A DNA stretch of 64,000 nucleotides from Azolla caroliniana (lineage: Eukaryota > Plantae > Polypodiophyta): contig JBHGNT010000012.1 of NCBI GenBank assembly GCA_043228905.1, positions 3,844,001 through 3,908,000 of the forward strand, in the 5' to 3' direction. Each line of letters begins with the position of its first letter. The stretch's first letter is position 1. Positions 62,696-64,000 of this stretch are shown piece by piece. Under the pieces are notes generated by a model that saw only the letters and a program-made list of their open reading frames with translations, had not been told where the DNA came from and did not search any database. The translations under genes and the position numbers were made by a program.

Positions 62696-64000
62696 GTATG
62701 ATATGGAAAAGAAAAATAAAACCCTCCTTCTTGACATTGGAAAATGTTTCATGATTTTTTCCCCCTCTCATTCAGAAAGAGTTTAGGGATTTTGATTTAT
62801 TTTTGTTTTTTTTGCATCAGGATTTTATAGATTGGCCATCATTACATGCCCACAATGCGTCTTTTCATAGCATTATCTCTCCTCGGATCAATTCTGTACC
62901 AAAATGTATGATGAAATTTGTTGATTTAAAGTCGAAATTTATTTAGATAACTTGATTAACGTTCATTCCAGATAACTTGTTGTTGGTTAAGATAACTTTA
63001 TTGCTGTACATTAAGATTTGACTGCAATGAATTGTTGTGGTTGATTAAGATTCATTTGGTCAGCTTTGTTCCATTAGATTTATGTTCATCTAGATAAGCA
63101 TTAAAAATTAGGATTGAAGGCTATATTTTAGTTTCTATCCTAAAATGCCACTGAACGAATCATGTCTCCTTGTAAGATGATGAAATTATTGCGATAGTTT
63201 AAGATTTGCTCGGATTATGCATTATAAATCAAGGTTCATTTTCAGATTGTGATATTAACTAAATTCAGAGGTCAAAAATTTCATTTATTCTCCATCTTAA
63301 CGTGGAACTGAATGCATTATGTCTCCTTATAAGACAGTGAATTCATGCCTTCTCGGGCCTTTGATGATATGTGGTGGATCCAGAGTTTTGAAATCTTCTG
63401 TTTCTCTTGGTCAAACTGTCATACGTTGCTTTCATGCTACAGGTATTCATTCACATGTGAGTCAAACTATCCAAAAATGAAGTTCTCAGTTTTATTTCAT
63501 CTAGGAATGTGTTAAAAAAATTGAAATCTTGTGAATGAAAAATATTGGTCTACAACCAAAGTTCTTGTATTTCATAAGCATATGTCTGTAAGGATGAACT
63601 ACAGAACTTAAGTACATATTCTATTTACCATTTCCTTTTTTTCTAATCTTTGCTTTAGGTTTATGCTTAACTTTTTTTTTCGTTTCTAGTCTTTCTCTAG
63701 TATTTCATCCTTATATTTATTTTATAGTCAGACTGGACTATCCTTGTGTTAAGACATTAGGTTGATTCATTTAACATTCATGTTATGTAGAGCTTTTAGG
63801 GATTTCCGTGATCTTGATTTTTATCAGGACAAGCCATGGCTAGCAGGGATTATTATGAAGTGCTCGGTGTCAGTAGAAGTGCTGGACAGTCTGAAATCAA
63901 GAAAGCATACTATGCGGTATAATTGGATTTCAAATCTAGATCTTACAGATTTTACTGCATATTTATAGCTTAACATTTTTTGTTGGATTTTTTTCATTAA

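Overview
AT-rich eukaryotic genomic DNA with spliceosomal introns, microsatellites and nested retroelements. It is a land plant, and I infer a fern or other non-seed plant from the gene content. Six protein-coding genes can be built with phase-consistent splice sites: a ZNFX1/Hrr1-like UPF1-family RNA helicase with an NF-X1 zinc-finger array (+, 394-4494), an ELM2/SANT-like chromatin protein (+), a FAM204A-like small protein with a GC-AG intron (-), a P-class PPR protein (-), FYVE4 (+), and sucrose-phosphate synthase (+). Mobile DNA includes a young 5'-truncated L1 with a 16-bp TSD inside a TIR element, an older antiparallel L1 of a related family, RTE-like fragments, a decayed Copia in the FYVE4 intron, a Gypsy remnant and Mutator-TIR-like arrays. 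There is also a PLS-PPR pseudogene. The most notable points are the plant ZNFX1-like helicase, repeated tandem duplication of 3' splice sites in three genes, and an SPS apparently lacking the canonical regulatory serines. All assignments come from reading the sequence and recalling families; no searches were run.
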